Source: a virus (taxonomy: Duplodnaviria > Caudoviricetes). Taken from it: a stretch of 64,000 nucleotides of DNA. Of the stretch, positions 1 to 10,957 are shown one piece after another. Under the pieces are notes generated by a model. That model was not told where the DNA came from and searched no databases. It saw only the letters and a program-made list of their open reading frames with translations. The translations under genes were made by a program, and so were the position numbers. Every line of letters starts with the position of its first letter. Position 1 is the first letter of the stretch. Location of the stretch: positions 43,521-107,520 of the IMG/VR virus record IMGVR_UViG_2651870089_000025; one strand, 5' to 3'.

Positions 1-3000
1 CTTAGATGGATAGAAAAGCCAGAGCTTCCTAAACCGGGAGTTTGGCCAAAGTTACCAATTGGTTATAGAGACAGTAGTTGGCTTCCGACTGCCGGGTACG
101 TGCACAATAATGATGTTGATACAAGAGCATTCGATGTTAACATCTTGGCAAGTTTAAATACATCACTAGAAGCAGACGTTGAACCAACTATTGGCAATTT
201 GGCTCACATAGCAAAAACATATAATGATGAGTTTGCTATATTTAAATTAGTTGAGACAGATTTAACAGTTAAAAATATTGAATTACTGGGTACAGGAAAG
301 ACGCGCGTCAGTGTTATCGGGGAAGTTGTTCCGCAAATAGTAGGAAATACTAAAGACATAACACCCAAAGTTGGTGATACTATTAGAATAACACTCGACG
401 ACATCGACGATGTCGTCGAGCTCGACGACATCGAATCTTATGAAATTGAGTTGTCATCGTTTGATTTTGAAGACGAATATCCAGTAATGAATGTAACAGT
501 TACAAATGCTGGACTAGTAAAACAAAATGATAGTATTTTTATAACAACAGCCGCAAGTTACGAAAATACAGTTGAAGTAGTATTTGATCAAATACCCGAA
601 GGCCCAGTAACTATAATTGGGCAAGTGTATAATCCAACAATAACTTTAACCGGCGAAATTCAAATTGACAATGTTACGCTAACTGTTACCAAAGGCGATA
701 CGTTATTTCATTCTGCACCAACTGCGCCATATACCGGAGGTATTATTGGTAACATTACACAAAATGTTCCAAACGTAAGTGCGTATAGTAATAACGGCTA
801 TTTACAAATTACAACAACAAATAAGTCCATATCAATTGACTCGCAGGTGAACTTGTTTGATAGTGACGTGGGTATTGTAAGCGATACATACTATAATGAA
901 TTAACATTAGATGAAATTTATAACGGATTTATTGAAGCCAAGGTACCAGATTTATTCATTACAAAAGATGAAACAAGAAAAGAATTACAATTAACAGGGC
1001 AATATGCAAACAAAATACAAGTAAAGAAAGGTGTAGGCGGAGCATTTAGTGCGCTATTCTTTACAGACACATCTAATAACGAAGTATCTAAAATTGATAA
1101 TCGTATTGTAACGATGGAAAATGTTTTAAAGGATATAAATGCTATAGTAGCAAATGAGGATTTTCTTGCTACAACCGATATCAATGGTAATTTAAAACTT
1201 GAGTACAACGGTTCTAAGTTGTCTGTTTCCGGCGAGGGTTTATCCACGTTGGGACTTATTGCACAAACTAGCACATTACAAGTAGACTCAGTTATTTCTC
1301 ATCCTTTTTATAAAGATAGTGTTATTGTTTTGAGTAATGTTTTAACAGAAGACAAGAAAAGCACAGGTTTAGCAGGCGGATATGTTGTTGAAGAAGAAGT
1401 ACTTTATATTAATAAAGAAGTTAATATTACCGCTGGCGTTGTTACTATAAAAGACTTAGATACAGATGAAATAGAAACTTTAGTAAATGTTAATAAAATA
1501 CCACTATACGATATAGTTGGCGCCGACCGTGATTATATAAAAGAAATAGAAATTGATATTCAGTTTCCTATGTTGCCAAATAGAATTTTAGTCGGCGATA
1601 CCGATAACCTAAGTAGAATATCAACCGGTATGTCCGGCGAAGTACAAACAGTTTTATTCGGCAAAATAGGACCGTATACAGGATTAGTAGGAAACAATGG
1701 CAATGTTGTTGTTTCAACCGAAGGTGGTTCAACATTTACCACTGGAAAATTTACTGTGTCCATAACAGTAGAAAAGCGTGGAGTATTTGTAATCGATGAA
1801 TTCTTCAATGGCGAAGGTAATAATACTTCATCTAATAAGATAAAACTGTGGCATCCTAGACGGTTTAAAACAAAAGAAGATGCATTTAGCGACACTAAAA
1901 CTAATAAAAGTTTTTATTCGTTGCAAGATTTAGTATGGGTTGATAATGAACCAAATGGTTGGTTAGTAAGTAAGTTAATTGATACAGACACACATTATGG
2001 TTTATCTGGTGTTAGTTTAGCACAAGGCGGTAGAGGTTATACACCTGCTGATATTGGTAAACATTTTACGTTTGAAACGCTAATCGAAGGAACAAAAGTT
2101 CAGCCGGTTTGTAAAATTGATGATATATTATATGGCGTTGGTAGTATTACTGTTACGGCCGGCGGGTTAGGATATACAAGTCCTCCGGCGGTGGCTTTTT
2201 CTGGAGGAGACGAGCAAGAACCAGCATTTGCTAGAGCATATTTAGATTCGGTACTTTCTAGTATTACTATTACTGACCCTGGCGCTGGCTATCAGTACTT
2301 ACCGGGTGTTGAGTTATACGAATCTCCACTATACGAAGGAAAAATATGGTACGTAGAGCACAACTTAAATCAGAAATACGTTAATTTAGAGTTATTTGAT
2401 GATAATCATATAGCAGTTGGTCCAGAGTACGTTTCGCCAGTAATTACATATGTTGATGAAAATAATTTAACAGTTGATTGGAATGGCGTAATAACTAGAG
2501 GTTATATTGATGTTATTAGATCCGAATACGTAAGCCCGTTAAATGCATCGTCTCGTTTCTGGTCAATAGCTCATAATTTAGGACAGCAGTTAGTTAATGT
2601 TGATATTATATATGATAACGACATAGGAGCAGCCGGACATTTTGATCATCCTCTAATTGAGTATTCGGATACAAATACTCTTACAGTAGTTTTCCCAAAA
2701 GGCATAGAAAAGTCAGGGTATGTTGCTGTAACTTATAGTGATAATTATGCACCAGGGGCTGCATCTGGACCAGGCTACACGCACGATCAAAGTTCTGCTT
2801 CGCAGACGTGGTCTGTAACACACAATTTAGGTAAGAGACACGTTAATGTGGATGTGGCTCTTCCTGGAAGTAGTGTAGATTTAACCGACTTAGGTAACTG
2901 GGCAACAGTATCACATAACTTAAATTCACAGTATGTTAATATAGCATTAGTTGATGCTGATGACAATGCAGTTGGCACTATATACGATCAGGTTGTTGTT

Positions 3001-6000
3001 ACGTATTTTAGCACCACTGCATTCAGGTTAGAACGAGGGTCTACTGTTATTGATAAAGCAGTTGTTGTTAAACCTCGATTTGTTAGTACTGTACAGCCAA
3101 CAGCAAATACATGGACAATTACGCATGGTTTAAATGAAGATATTGTTAACGTTGAAATCATCTACACAGATAATACATCCGCTATTGGAAAATATGACTA
3201 TCCGTTGATCGAATATACAGACGCAAATACTATTAAAGTTTTATTTCCGCCTGGTGTTGCTAGAGCCGGCTATGTTGCAGTAGCGCATAACAACGATAAT
3301 AATATCGCATCGGGCTCTGGATATGAACACACACAAAGTTCTGCTTCGTCGACATGGACTATTAATCATAATTTAGGACAAAAATATGTTGTTGTTGATG
3401 TAGCAATGTTAGGTAGTGACATCGATTGGACCGGCTACAGTACACAATTTGTTATATTGCATAGTCTAGCGCAAAAATATATTAATGTTGAATTTGTTGG
3501 CAGCAATGATAATGTTATACATAACACATATAATGAGGCAATTCTTTCACACACTGATAGCAATAACATAACACTTACATATAATAATTCGGCTGACGTA
3601 AATAAAATTGTAGCAGTACCATCAAACTATACAAGTGCGTTGCAAGGAACTGCAAATATTTGGACAATTACCCACGGACTAGGAGTAGATTTTGCAAATG
3701 TGGACGTTATTTACAGCGACGATACATCTGCAAAATCTTTATTAGATCAGCCATTGATTGAATATACAGATTCAAACAATATTAGAGTAATATTCCCAAC
3801 TGGTATAACAAAATCAGGGTATGTAGCAATTAATAGTGCTGGCGCGTATCAGCATACACAAGCATCTGCAACAACCACATGGACGGTTACACACAATCTA
3901 GGTAGTCAGTATGTAAATGTTGATATTGCAGTATTAGGCGCTAGTATACAAGACAGCGATGTTAGCGCATCAATTAATGACACTTTGTATTATAATATTA
4001 GCGGGATGTATGATTACCCAGAGATTATTTTTGTTGATGCAAATACATTAACTGTTACTTTTGCTACAGCAATTGCAGGTAAAGCAGTTATTTCTACTGG
4101 TACAGTAATTAATGGTGCTAGTGGACTGTATTATAATACTAGAGGATTATACGATAATCCTGAAATAAAGTATATTGATAACAATAACTTAACTCTTACT
4201 TTTCCTGGATCTATAGCAGGTAAAGCAGTTGTTTCTGCTGGCGCTGTGTTTAATACTGATGTAGGAAGTAGGTATTATAATATTAAAGGAAACTATGATT
4301 TCCCAACAATTGTACATACATCGAGTAATACGTTGTTTGCTAAATTCCTAATGCCACAAGAAGGCAAGTTAATGGTTTCTGCTGGTAAAGGTATATTAGA
4401 TGATGATGCTGTAGTAACAGCACACATGGAGGTTGGCGACGACGGCGGTTGTCTAGGCATGACAATTAATACAGCCGGTACCGGTTATCAGATTGGAGAT
4501 ACTATTATAGTAACCGGTGGTGTTGGAACACCTGCAACGGGAACTATTACTTCGGCAACAATAGGCGAAGTTGATACTATAACTATAAGTGACCCCGGCT
4601 CGGGATACTTGACTGCGCCTAACGTTACAATTGACCCACCAACAAGCGGCACAACAGCAACCGCTACAGTAACAATTGACGGTACAGCCGGAGAAATTAT
4701 TACAGTTGATACTTTTAGTGCCGCAGATCCGTTACGAGCAACAGGGACATACACGGGCGTAACAGGTACAACATCGGGCTCGGGCACACTAGGTACGTTT
4801 GATATTACAGTTGACGGTACTGGCGCAGTTACAAGTGTTACTGTAGTAGATGGCGGTAATAGCAATGCAGTAAATGACACAATTACAATTGCTGATGCAG
4901 ATTTAGGCGCCGGGGGCGCCGCAGACTTTACAATGGATGTTGCTACAGTTTATGCTGGTTCTCTGGCTACCATTACACTTACAGATGGCGGTGATGGTTA
5001 TACAGCTGCACCAACCGTTACTATAGATTCTCCGCCAGCGGGCGTTACTGCATTAGCAACAGCTACAGTAACCTCAATTGGTATACCTACTGCAATATCT
5101 GTATTAAACGGGGGCGATTACACAGAATTACCTAATCATACAAATGTAGCAACAACAGCATCTCCTTCTGGAGGGAGATCCGGATTAACATTAGACTTGC
5201 TGTTTAAAGTTAAGTCTATATCTATTGAAACAACAGAGTCATTCCAATCACCGCCCGATATAAAAATTGCCGCCCCAATAAATCCAGGCGGCGGGGGATG
5301 TACACCTAGACAAGCTACTGCGGTTGCGGCAATATCAGGAACAATAGATAGAGTAGAAGTATTAGATAACGGTCAGTATTTGTCAACACCAATTATTAGT
5401 TTTGTTGGCGGTGGCGGTGCCGGCGCGGCCGCTACTGCTAATTTAGCAGGTCCGGTGTCGGCTATTTCGGTAGTTAATCCCGGGGACATAACTAAACTGC
5501 CCGACCCTGCTACTAATTTACCAACAATAGAAGTTGATAAAATTGTCGGAACGGACATGAAAGTAAATGCTACTTTTGAGGATATTACAAGTTTTGACAC
5601 ATGGTACGAAACAGTTAGAAGAGAAGAAGAACGAGTAAATACAAAACTTTTTGATGTTGCTTCTCTTTATGATATTGCGGAAGATATAATTGATACTAAA
5701 CCGTTATTATTAGATTTTACAAAAGGACTTATTCCTGGACTGGCAAGCACTGAAATTTCTTACAGAGTTAATAATGATCCTGCTAGATACAATGTGTCTA
5801 GCAACGAAAATGCGTTAGTAAACGAAGATTTACTATGGGGCAGTAAGCAAGAAGGCGTGTTATGGTGGGATACATCAACCGTTAGGTTTTATGATGCTGA
5901 ACAAGGCGATAATAGGTATCGTAGACGTTATTGGAATAAAATGTTCCCAGGATCAAGCATAGACGTTTACGAATGGGTTAAAAGTTCAGTAGCACCGTTA

Positions 6001-9000
6001 AGTTATAAAGGAAATGGGGTTGTAAGAAGCACAACTGAATATTGTCAAGTAGAAGAATGGAATTCATCAACTAACAAATTTGTAACATCATATTACTTTT
6101 GGGTAAAAGATAAATCTACTGTACCTGCTATTAGTAGTCGTTCTCGAAGTGCCGCTACTGTTGCGTCGTATCTTTCCGATACGTCCTTGTCGGAATGGTA
6201 TGCTCCGGTTAGCAATCAGTATGAAATAGCTGTACCGATAGTTATTACAAGTTCTTCGACTACGCAAGAAATATCTGCAGAAGGTGTAAATCCGTTAGAT
6301 ATAACTAAAGTTTTAATTAACGGTAATACACAAGCATATGAGAATGGTATTGTTGATAGTGATGGGTTGATTAAAACAATTATATTATCTATTACACCTA
6401 ACGTAAATGATTTTATGGAAGTATTCTATAAGAAACCCGGCGGTGCAATAATTATTAACGGCATTGATAGATTTATTACACCAGAAAGTTCGCATTTACA
6501 ACTAAAATATAAAATTAAGGAAACAGAAGGTAACGTACATAAACAATGGGTATTACTAAGAAAAAGCGATCCACGTAGCGTAATCCCGAATTATTTTATC
6601 AATAAGATGATCGATAGTTTAGTTGGATATGACAAGACAGGATTAGCAGTTCCTGATACTGAAATGTTGCATCCAACACGACGATACGGTACATTATATC
6701 GACCAAGACAAACATGGTTTAAGGATGTGAATCTTGCAAGAAAGAATTTTGTTTATTTAATGAATAAAACGTTGATCGAGCTGCCAATTAACGACGATAA
6801 AACAGGGTGGGATGCAAATGTTTATAACAATGAGTTTATAACTTATATTGACTGGTGGGCAACTGGTTATTCGGCTAGCACCGCAGTTAATCATACTGTT
6901 AATACAACATTAGAAAGAGATCGGTTAACTAACCTAGCAAACGGCGATGTTGTAAAAGTATTAAACGATGGTGCAAACAGATGGCGTGTTTTTGAGTATA
7001 ATAATACTACAAATAAATTCTTAAAAATAGGTGCAGAAAAGCAGACAGTAAACTTTACTACAGCAACATATACTGATACTCTTACCGTTGATCAAAGCAA
7101 TAGTTTGCGTAATATTATTGAGGCTATTTTTAATAATGTATTTACAACCACGTGGCATGTGAAGTTAAATGAAATATTCTTTGGCATGTCGGCTTATGTT
7201 CTTGCTGAGCAGCCTGATGTGAATTGGATATTTAAGAGTTCGTATTTAAATGTATCGTCAGAAGAAGAAGATCTAGGACAAAGGTTACAATATAAAGTTG
7301 ACTTATTGCCGCATTTGCAAGAGTACATAAGTGAAGTTAAGCCTTATACTACAAAAGTTAGAGAATATAGGGGCGTTAAAAGTTTATCTTTGGATATTGC
7401 ACAATCTCATATAACTGACTTTGATAACCCGCCGTATTATAATCCAGAGACCGCCGCGGTAGTTCCTTTACAGGCAGGAGTTAATCCTGCGTATGATTTA
7501 ATTCTACAAACAGGAATTTATAAAGATTATTTAGAAAATTATACCGATAACAATCTAGTTAGAGCATTAACTGTTACTGTATTATTTGACAGAGTAGATA
7601 GAAATATTTTACCAGCAAAGACATATATAACTGCTGGTAATGCAGGCGCAGACTCAAGATCGGTGCATTATAAAACCGAGTATACTGATGCAGAGAGATT
7701 GCGTAATGCGATACGAGATTTAGCAACAAGGGACTCTGTAGGAGACTTAACAACAGGAAGTATATGGGATCATGCTTCACAGCGTATAGCAAAATACTCT
7801 AGTAATATTGGCTATAATTTAGAAGCATTAGCAAATATGTCATTGATCTCTAATCAAAATATAATGGATCATCCTGTTATTGTTAGTAATTCGTTAGACG
7901 CATTAGAGACTATTACATATGATCAGTTAGTAGGTAATGATACTTATTACACTATCACCGGTGGTTACCATAGAGATTTATCGTTGAAAGTATTTGAGGC
8001 GGTTCTCTATTATGACTTTGTTAGAAGTGGCATTGACTTAACTGGCCAAAGTTCTGCATTTGATAATTTAGTCGACGGCGTAAACTTAGATGTTTCAGGA
8101 ATATCTGACGCTGGACTTGATATGGTTACTTTTATAAGACAATATAATAGTATACAATCCATGTTTATCAGAGGGTTACAAGATGCTTTTTATGATCTCC
8201 GTAAAGTTCAAATTGAGAACGGCAATCGTTTTGATATCACAACATTTGAAAATGACGATCCATTGCCAAAAGAATGGGGTTGGGATAGTCAACCGTGGGA
8301 TTATACGTATACAGAAAACCCTGAAAACTTTAGAAGAATTAAATGGGATCAAGGACAGGACTTACCAGTACTTTACGCAGAATTTCCAAATACATCATTA
8401 GTTGGCAATGCGTTCAAAGATTTTAGTGGTAAGTTTGCAGATAGAGTAGGCTGGCACATATTTAATAGAGAAACAAAGTCAGGCGTTGAGTTTGTAGATT
8501 ATAGACGAGATTTAATTTATATTACAGCAAGTGGTATTCCTGATCATCCAACAAATTGGAATGATCCGTTGCGTCCGGATTTAAGAACATCATCTCCGCG
8601 TATAACACATCAAAACATGTCTTGGAACATTCCAAATACTGTTTTTGTGCCAATTGCAACAGAAAAAGAAAGTGTCCCACATGGACCTGTTGGTGTATTT
8701 AGAAATGGCGTAGCATTATACAGTAGTAAAGCAATTGCTAGTTACTCTGATCAAGATGTTTGGCATTATAATACTATGCATATTGATTCTGCCCGAACTG
8801 ATACAGGATACGGACCAAGTGGTACTTCTGCTACATTAAATAGATTCTTCTGGTCCTTTAGAGACGAACACGGTGCTGGTGTTAGCCCATCGGGACAATA
8901 TCATTATTATACTAATCCTACGTCAATTTATAATGATAACTTACAGCAACATAGTCCGTTGTTAGGTTATGCATTTGATGGAGTGCCAATTTATGGACCT

Positions 9001-10182
9001 CGGGTATATGCAAGTAAGCATTATATAGGTGACGGAACAACAACGGCATTTGCTGGACCAGTAGAACCTGATTATAGTTTAATTGACGACTCCTTTATAA
9101 AAGTTACAATAGATGGCGTTGTACAGGAAGAAACAACTAACTTTACATTTACAGGCGCTACAGACGCAAAATCAGAAATAACATTTGTGTCAGCACCTGC
9201 CGCAGACAGCGAAATTCTGTTTACAGTTACAATTACTGTTCATAGAGTTCAATCAAGTTATAGATTAAAGACTGGAACTAGAACTGCTATAGGCAGCGAA
9301 ACAAATCCTGGAGGCACATACGACGGCACATTCTACGAAGACTACGAATACGTTGCAGGCCTAGGCCATCTAGACGAGTATAACGGCCGTTTTGCACATA
9401 CGCCAGAGTATCCTGAAGGTGTGTATGCATATTATGTTACAGTTGATGATGTAAATAATCCTGTTTTCCCTTATGTATTAGGAACAAAATACTATGGAAA
9501 ACCAGAAACAGCAAACTACATCTTTACTCCTGATCCTGTAGCGTTAAACTTTAGGACTTATACAAAAGGGTATCCTAACGTATCAACTGATAGACAAGAA
9601 AGAGACAGTAAAGGATTTGTTCGCCCAACATATGAACAATGGCCCGAGGAGTTAATTCCAATTAGTCCTAAGGAAGGATTACAAATTACAGTACAAACTA
9701 ACGACAGTGATGACTTGTCAACAGTAACAGATTCGATTAGTTTTAGAGTATATTATGATGCAGATGGCGAAACAAAATATTATGCATTACCAAACGCTAC
9801 AAAAACAACAGTTTCTACTGCAATTGGCAAAGATGATATTGAAATAGCGGTTGCTGATGTAACAGTATTGCCTGAACCGTATATGAATTCATTAGGCACT
9901 GGTTATACAACACCGGGTGTTGTGTTTATCGGAAACGAGCGTGTTGAATATTTCGACATTGATAGAACAAATAATAAGTTATTACATTGCCGTAGAGGAA
10001 CCGGCACTACAAGTGCACAATCGCATGCAATAAGCACCTCTGTGTTTAGTGCCGATGTAAATAATATTTTAACATATGAGACAGAAACTACCTGGAGCCC
10101 AGATAGCATCAACGGGTTATATGCCTCTACAAGTGAGCAAGCAATATTCTTCAAAGATAGACCAGGAAATGCATTAGCATAA
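1..10182 (+). CDS. Giant virion structural protein (baseplate/fibre-like) with beta-rich repeats and a YHYH domain; 5'-truncated by the window edge
   Basis: Frame 1 is open from base 1 (LRWIEKPELPKPG...LPTAGYV), so the GTG at 100 is not the true start. Repeats WxV/IxHNLGxxxVNV and ITxTxxGxGYxxxPxVxI. YHYH-family motifs near the C-terminus (GVFRNGVALY, GQYHYY, HSPLLGYAFDGVPIYGP, HLDEYNGRF..TPEYPEGVYAYYVT). Confidence 0.75.
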   Translation, partial: LRWIEKPELPKPGVWPKLPIGYRDSSWLPTAGYVHNNDVDTRAFDVNILASLNTSLEADVEPTIGNLAHIAKTYNDEFAIFKLVETDLTVKNIELLGTGKTRVSVIGEVVPQIVGNTKDITPKVGDTIRITLDDIDDVVELDDIESYEIELSSFDFEDEYPVMNVTVTNAGLVKQNDSIFITTAASYENTVEVVFDQIPEGPVTIIGQVYNPTITLTGEIQIDNVTLTVTKGDTLFHSAPTAPYTGGIIGNITQNVPNVSAYSNNGYLQITTTNKSISIDSQVNLFDSDVGIVSDTYYNELTLDEIYNGFIEAKVPDLFITKDETRKELQLTGQYANKIQVKKGVGGAFSALFFTDTSNNEVSKIDNRIVTMENVLKDINAIVANEDFLATTDINGNLKLEYNGSKLSVSGEGLSTLGLIAQTSTLQVDSVISHPFYKDSVIVLSNVLTEDKKSTGLAGGYVVEEEVLYINKEVNITAGVVTIKDLDTDEIETLVNVNKIPLYDIVGADRDYIKEIEIDIQFPMLPNRILVGDTDNLSRISTGMSGEVQTVLFGKIGPYTGLVGNNGNVVVSTEGGSTFTTGKFTVSITVEKRGVFVIDEFFNGEGNNTSSNKIKLWHPRRFKTKEDAFSDTKTNKSFYSLQDLVWVDNEPNGWLVSKLIDTDTHYGLSGVSLAQGGRGYTPADIGKHFTFETLIEGTKVQPVCKIDDILYGVGSITVTAGGLGYTSPPAVAFSGGDEQEPAFARAYLDSVLSSITITDPGAGYQYLPGVELYESPLYEGKIWYVEHNLNQKYVNLELFDDNHIAVGPEYVSPVITYVDENNLTVDWNGVITRGYIDVIRSEYVSPLNASSRFWSIAHNLGQQLVNVDIIYDNDIGAAGHFDHPLIEYSDTNTLTVVFPKGIEKSGYVAVTYSDNYAPGAASGPGYTHDQSSASQTWSVTHNLGKRHVNVDVALPGSSVDLTDLGNWATVSHNLNSQYVNIALVDADDNAVGTIYDQVVVTYFSTTAFRLERGSTVIDKAVVVKPRFVSTVQPTANTWTITHGLNEDIVNVEIIYTDNTSAIGKYDYPLIEYTDANTIKVLFPPGVARAGYVAVAHNNDNNIASGSGYEHTQSSASSTWTINHNLGQKYVVVDVAMLGSDIDWTGYSTQFVILHSLAQKYINVEFVGSNDNVIHNTYNEAILSHTDSNNITLTYNNSADVNKIVAVPSNYTSALQGTANIWTITHGLGVDFANVDVIYSDDTSAKSLLDQPLIEYTDSNNIRVIFPTGITKSGYVAINSAGAYQHTQASATTTWTVTHNLGSQYVNVDIAVLGASIQDSDVSASINDTLYYNISGMYDYPEIIFVDANTLTVTFATAIAGKAVISTGTVINGASGLYYNTRGLYDNPEIKYIDNNNLTLTFPGSIAGKAVVSAGAVFNTDVGSRYYNIKGNYDFPTIVHTSSNTLFAKFLMPQEGKLMVSAGKGILDDDAVVTAHMEVGDDGGCLGMTINTAGTGYQIGDTIIVTGGVGTPATGTITSATIGEVDTITISDPGSGYLTAPNVTIDPPTSGTTATATVTIDGTAGEIITVDTFSAADPLRATGTYTGVTGTTSGSGTLGTFDITVDGTGAVTSVTVVDGGNSNAVNDTITIADADLGAGGAADFTMDVATVYAGSLATITLTDGGDGYTAAPTVTIDSPPAGVTALATATVTSIGIPTAISVLNGGDYTELPNHTNVATTASPSGGRSGLTLDLLFKVKSISIETTESFQSPPDIKIAAPINPGGGGCTPRQATAVAAISGTIDRVEVLDNGQYLSTPIISFVGGGGAGAAATANLAGPVSAISVVNPGDITKLPDPATNLPTIEVDKIVGTDMKVNATFEDITSFDTWYETVRREEERVNTKLFDVASLYDIAEDIIDTKPLLLDFTKGLIPGLASTEISYRVNNDPARYNVSSNENALVNEDLLWGSKQEGVLWWDTSTVRFYDAEQGDNRYRRRYWNKMFPGSSIDVYEWVKSSVAPLSYKGNGVVRSTTEYCQVEEWNSSTNKFVTSYYFWVKDKSTVPAISSRSRSAATVASYLSDTSLSEWYAPVSNQYEIAVPIVITSSSTTQEISAEGVNPLDITKVLINGNTQAYENGIVDSDGLIKTIILSITPNVNDFMEVFYKKPGGAIIINGIDRFITPESSHLQLKYKIKETEGNVHKQWVLLRKSDPRSVIPNYFINKMIDSLVGYDKTGLAVPDTEMLHPTRRYGTLYRPRQTWFKDVNLARKNFVYLMNKTLIELPINDDKTGWDANVYNNEFITYIDWWATGYSASTAVNHTVNTTLERDRLTNLANGDVVKVLNDGANRWRVFEYNNTTNKFLKIGAEKQTVNFTTATYTDTLTVDQSNSLRNIIEAIFNNVFTTTWHVKLNEIFFGMSAYVLAEQPDVNWIFKSSYLNVSSEEEDLGQRLQYKVDLLPHLQEYISEVKPYTTKVREYRGVKSLSLDIAQSHITDFDNPPYYNPETAAVVPLQAGVNPAYDLILQTGIYKDYLENYTDNNLVRALTVTVLFDRVDRNILPAKTYITAGNAGADSRSVHYKTEYTDAERLRNAIRDLATRDSVGDLTTGSIWDHASQRIAKYSSNIGYNLEALANMSLISNQNIMDHPVIVSNSLDALETITYDQLVGNDTYYTITGGYHRDLSLKVFEAVLYYDFVRSGIDLTGQSSAFDNLVDGVNLDVSGISDAGLDMVTFIRQYNSIQSMFIRGLQDAFYDLRKVQIENGNRFDITTFENDDPLPKEWGWDSQPWDYTYTENPENFRRIKWDQGQDLPVLYAEFPNTSLVGNAFKDFSGKFADRVGWHIFNRETKSGVEFVDYRRDLIYITASGIPDHPTNWNDPLRPDLRTSSPRITHQNMSWNIPNTVFVPIATEKESVPHGPVGVFRNGVALYSSKAIASYSDQDVWHYNTMHIDSARTDTGYGPSGTSATLNRFFWSFRDEHGAGVSPSGQYHYYTNPTSIYNDNLQQHSPLLGYAFDGVPIYGPRVYASKHYIGDGTTTAFAGPVEPDYSLIDDSFIKVTIDGVVQEETTNFTFTGATDAKSEITFVSAPAADSEILFTVTITVHRVQSSYRLKTGTRTAIGSETNPGGTYDGTFYEDYEYVAGLGHLDEYNGRFAHTPEYPEGVYAYYVTVDDVNNPVFPYVLGTKYYGKPETANYIFTPDPVALNFRTYTKGYPNVSTDRQERDSKGFVRPTYEQWPEELIPISPKEGLQITVQTNDSDDLSTVTDSISFRVYYDADGETKYYALPNATKTTVSTAIGKDDIEIAVADVTVLPEPYMNSLGTGYTTPGVVFIGNERVEYFDIDRTNNKLLHCRRGTGTTSAQSHAISTSVFSADVNNILTYETETTWSPDSINGLYASTSEQAIFFKDRPGNALA

Positions 10183-10203
10183 TATACCAATATAATAAGA
10201 ATA

Positions 10204-10211
10204 GATAAATA
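10204..10211 (+). promoter_or_regulatory. T4-late-type promoter GATAAATA
   Basis: Matches the T4 gp55-dependent TATAAATA consensus, upstream of the 10232 gene. Confidence 0.6.
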
Positions 10212-10231
10212 AGTAATAATGAGTTTTTATA

Positions 10232-10942
10232 ATGGAAAATAAAAATACACAAGACGAATTAAAAACTGAAAAACCGGATGAAACCGGCGGTGTTAGAATG
10301 GAAGGACATATTCTAATTCGTGATGTTACGGATGAAGAAAAACCAGTTGAATTAGTTAATAAAAGAAACGCAATTCATTACGGTAATATGGCTAAACATC
10401 TTGCACAATCATTAGCAGGTAAGCCTAACTATGATATTCATTACATGGCTTTTGGTAATGGCGGTTCTAATGTTAATACATTGGGAAAAATTACTTATAA
10501 AACTGCTAATGTTAGCGAAGCACCAGATGATTCATCCCCAACTTCTAATTTATATTCGATAAAATATTTTAAAGTTGTCGACGACTTGGCTGCATCAAAC
10601 GCGGCACCTTCAAAAAACAAACTAGAAGTGCTTTCAAGTTCAACAAGTTACACAGACATTAAAGTAACTTGTACATTAGAATTTGGAGAGCCGTCAGGTG
10701 CACAGCAAAATTTTGATAATAGTACAGATTTTACAGATGATTTTGTGTTTGACGAACTAGGACTTTTTAGTCTGGATGTTGCAACAGGTAACGAGATTAC
10801 AGGAACGGCAACAGATGCCGCAACATTACTTGACTTTAACTCAAAATGTTATATGCTAACACACGTTATTTTCCATCCTATACAGAAATCATTAAATAGA
10901 ATTATCGAGGTTGTGTATACAATCCGAATACAGATGCAATAA
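10232..10942 (+). CDS. Putative virion structural (baseplate-associated) protein
   Basis: 236 aa between the giant structural gene and the tail fibre gene; late promoter; motifs YMAFGNGG, FVFDELGL, HVIFHPIQKSLNR. Confidence 0.55.
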   Translation: MENKNTQDELKTEKPDETGGVRMEGHILIRDVTDEEKPVELVNKRNAIHYGNMAKHLAQSLAGKPNYDIHYMAFGNGGSNVNTLGKITYKTANVSEAPDDSSPTSNLYSIKYFKVVDDLAASNAAPSKNKLEVLSSSTSYTDIKVTCTLEFGEPSGAQQNFDNSTDFTDDFVFDELGLFSLDVATGNEITGTATDAATLLDFNSKCYMLTHVIFHPIQKSLNRIIEVVYTIRIQMQ

Positions 10943-10957
10943 TAAAGAGAGAGAAAT

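Noticed and set aside
100-102. GTG at 100 as the start of the giant protein
   Set aside because: The frame is open from base 1 with no RBS; the gene begins upstream of the window
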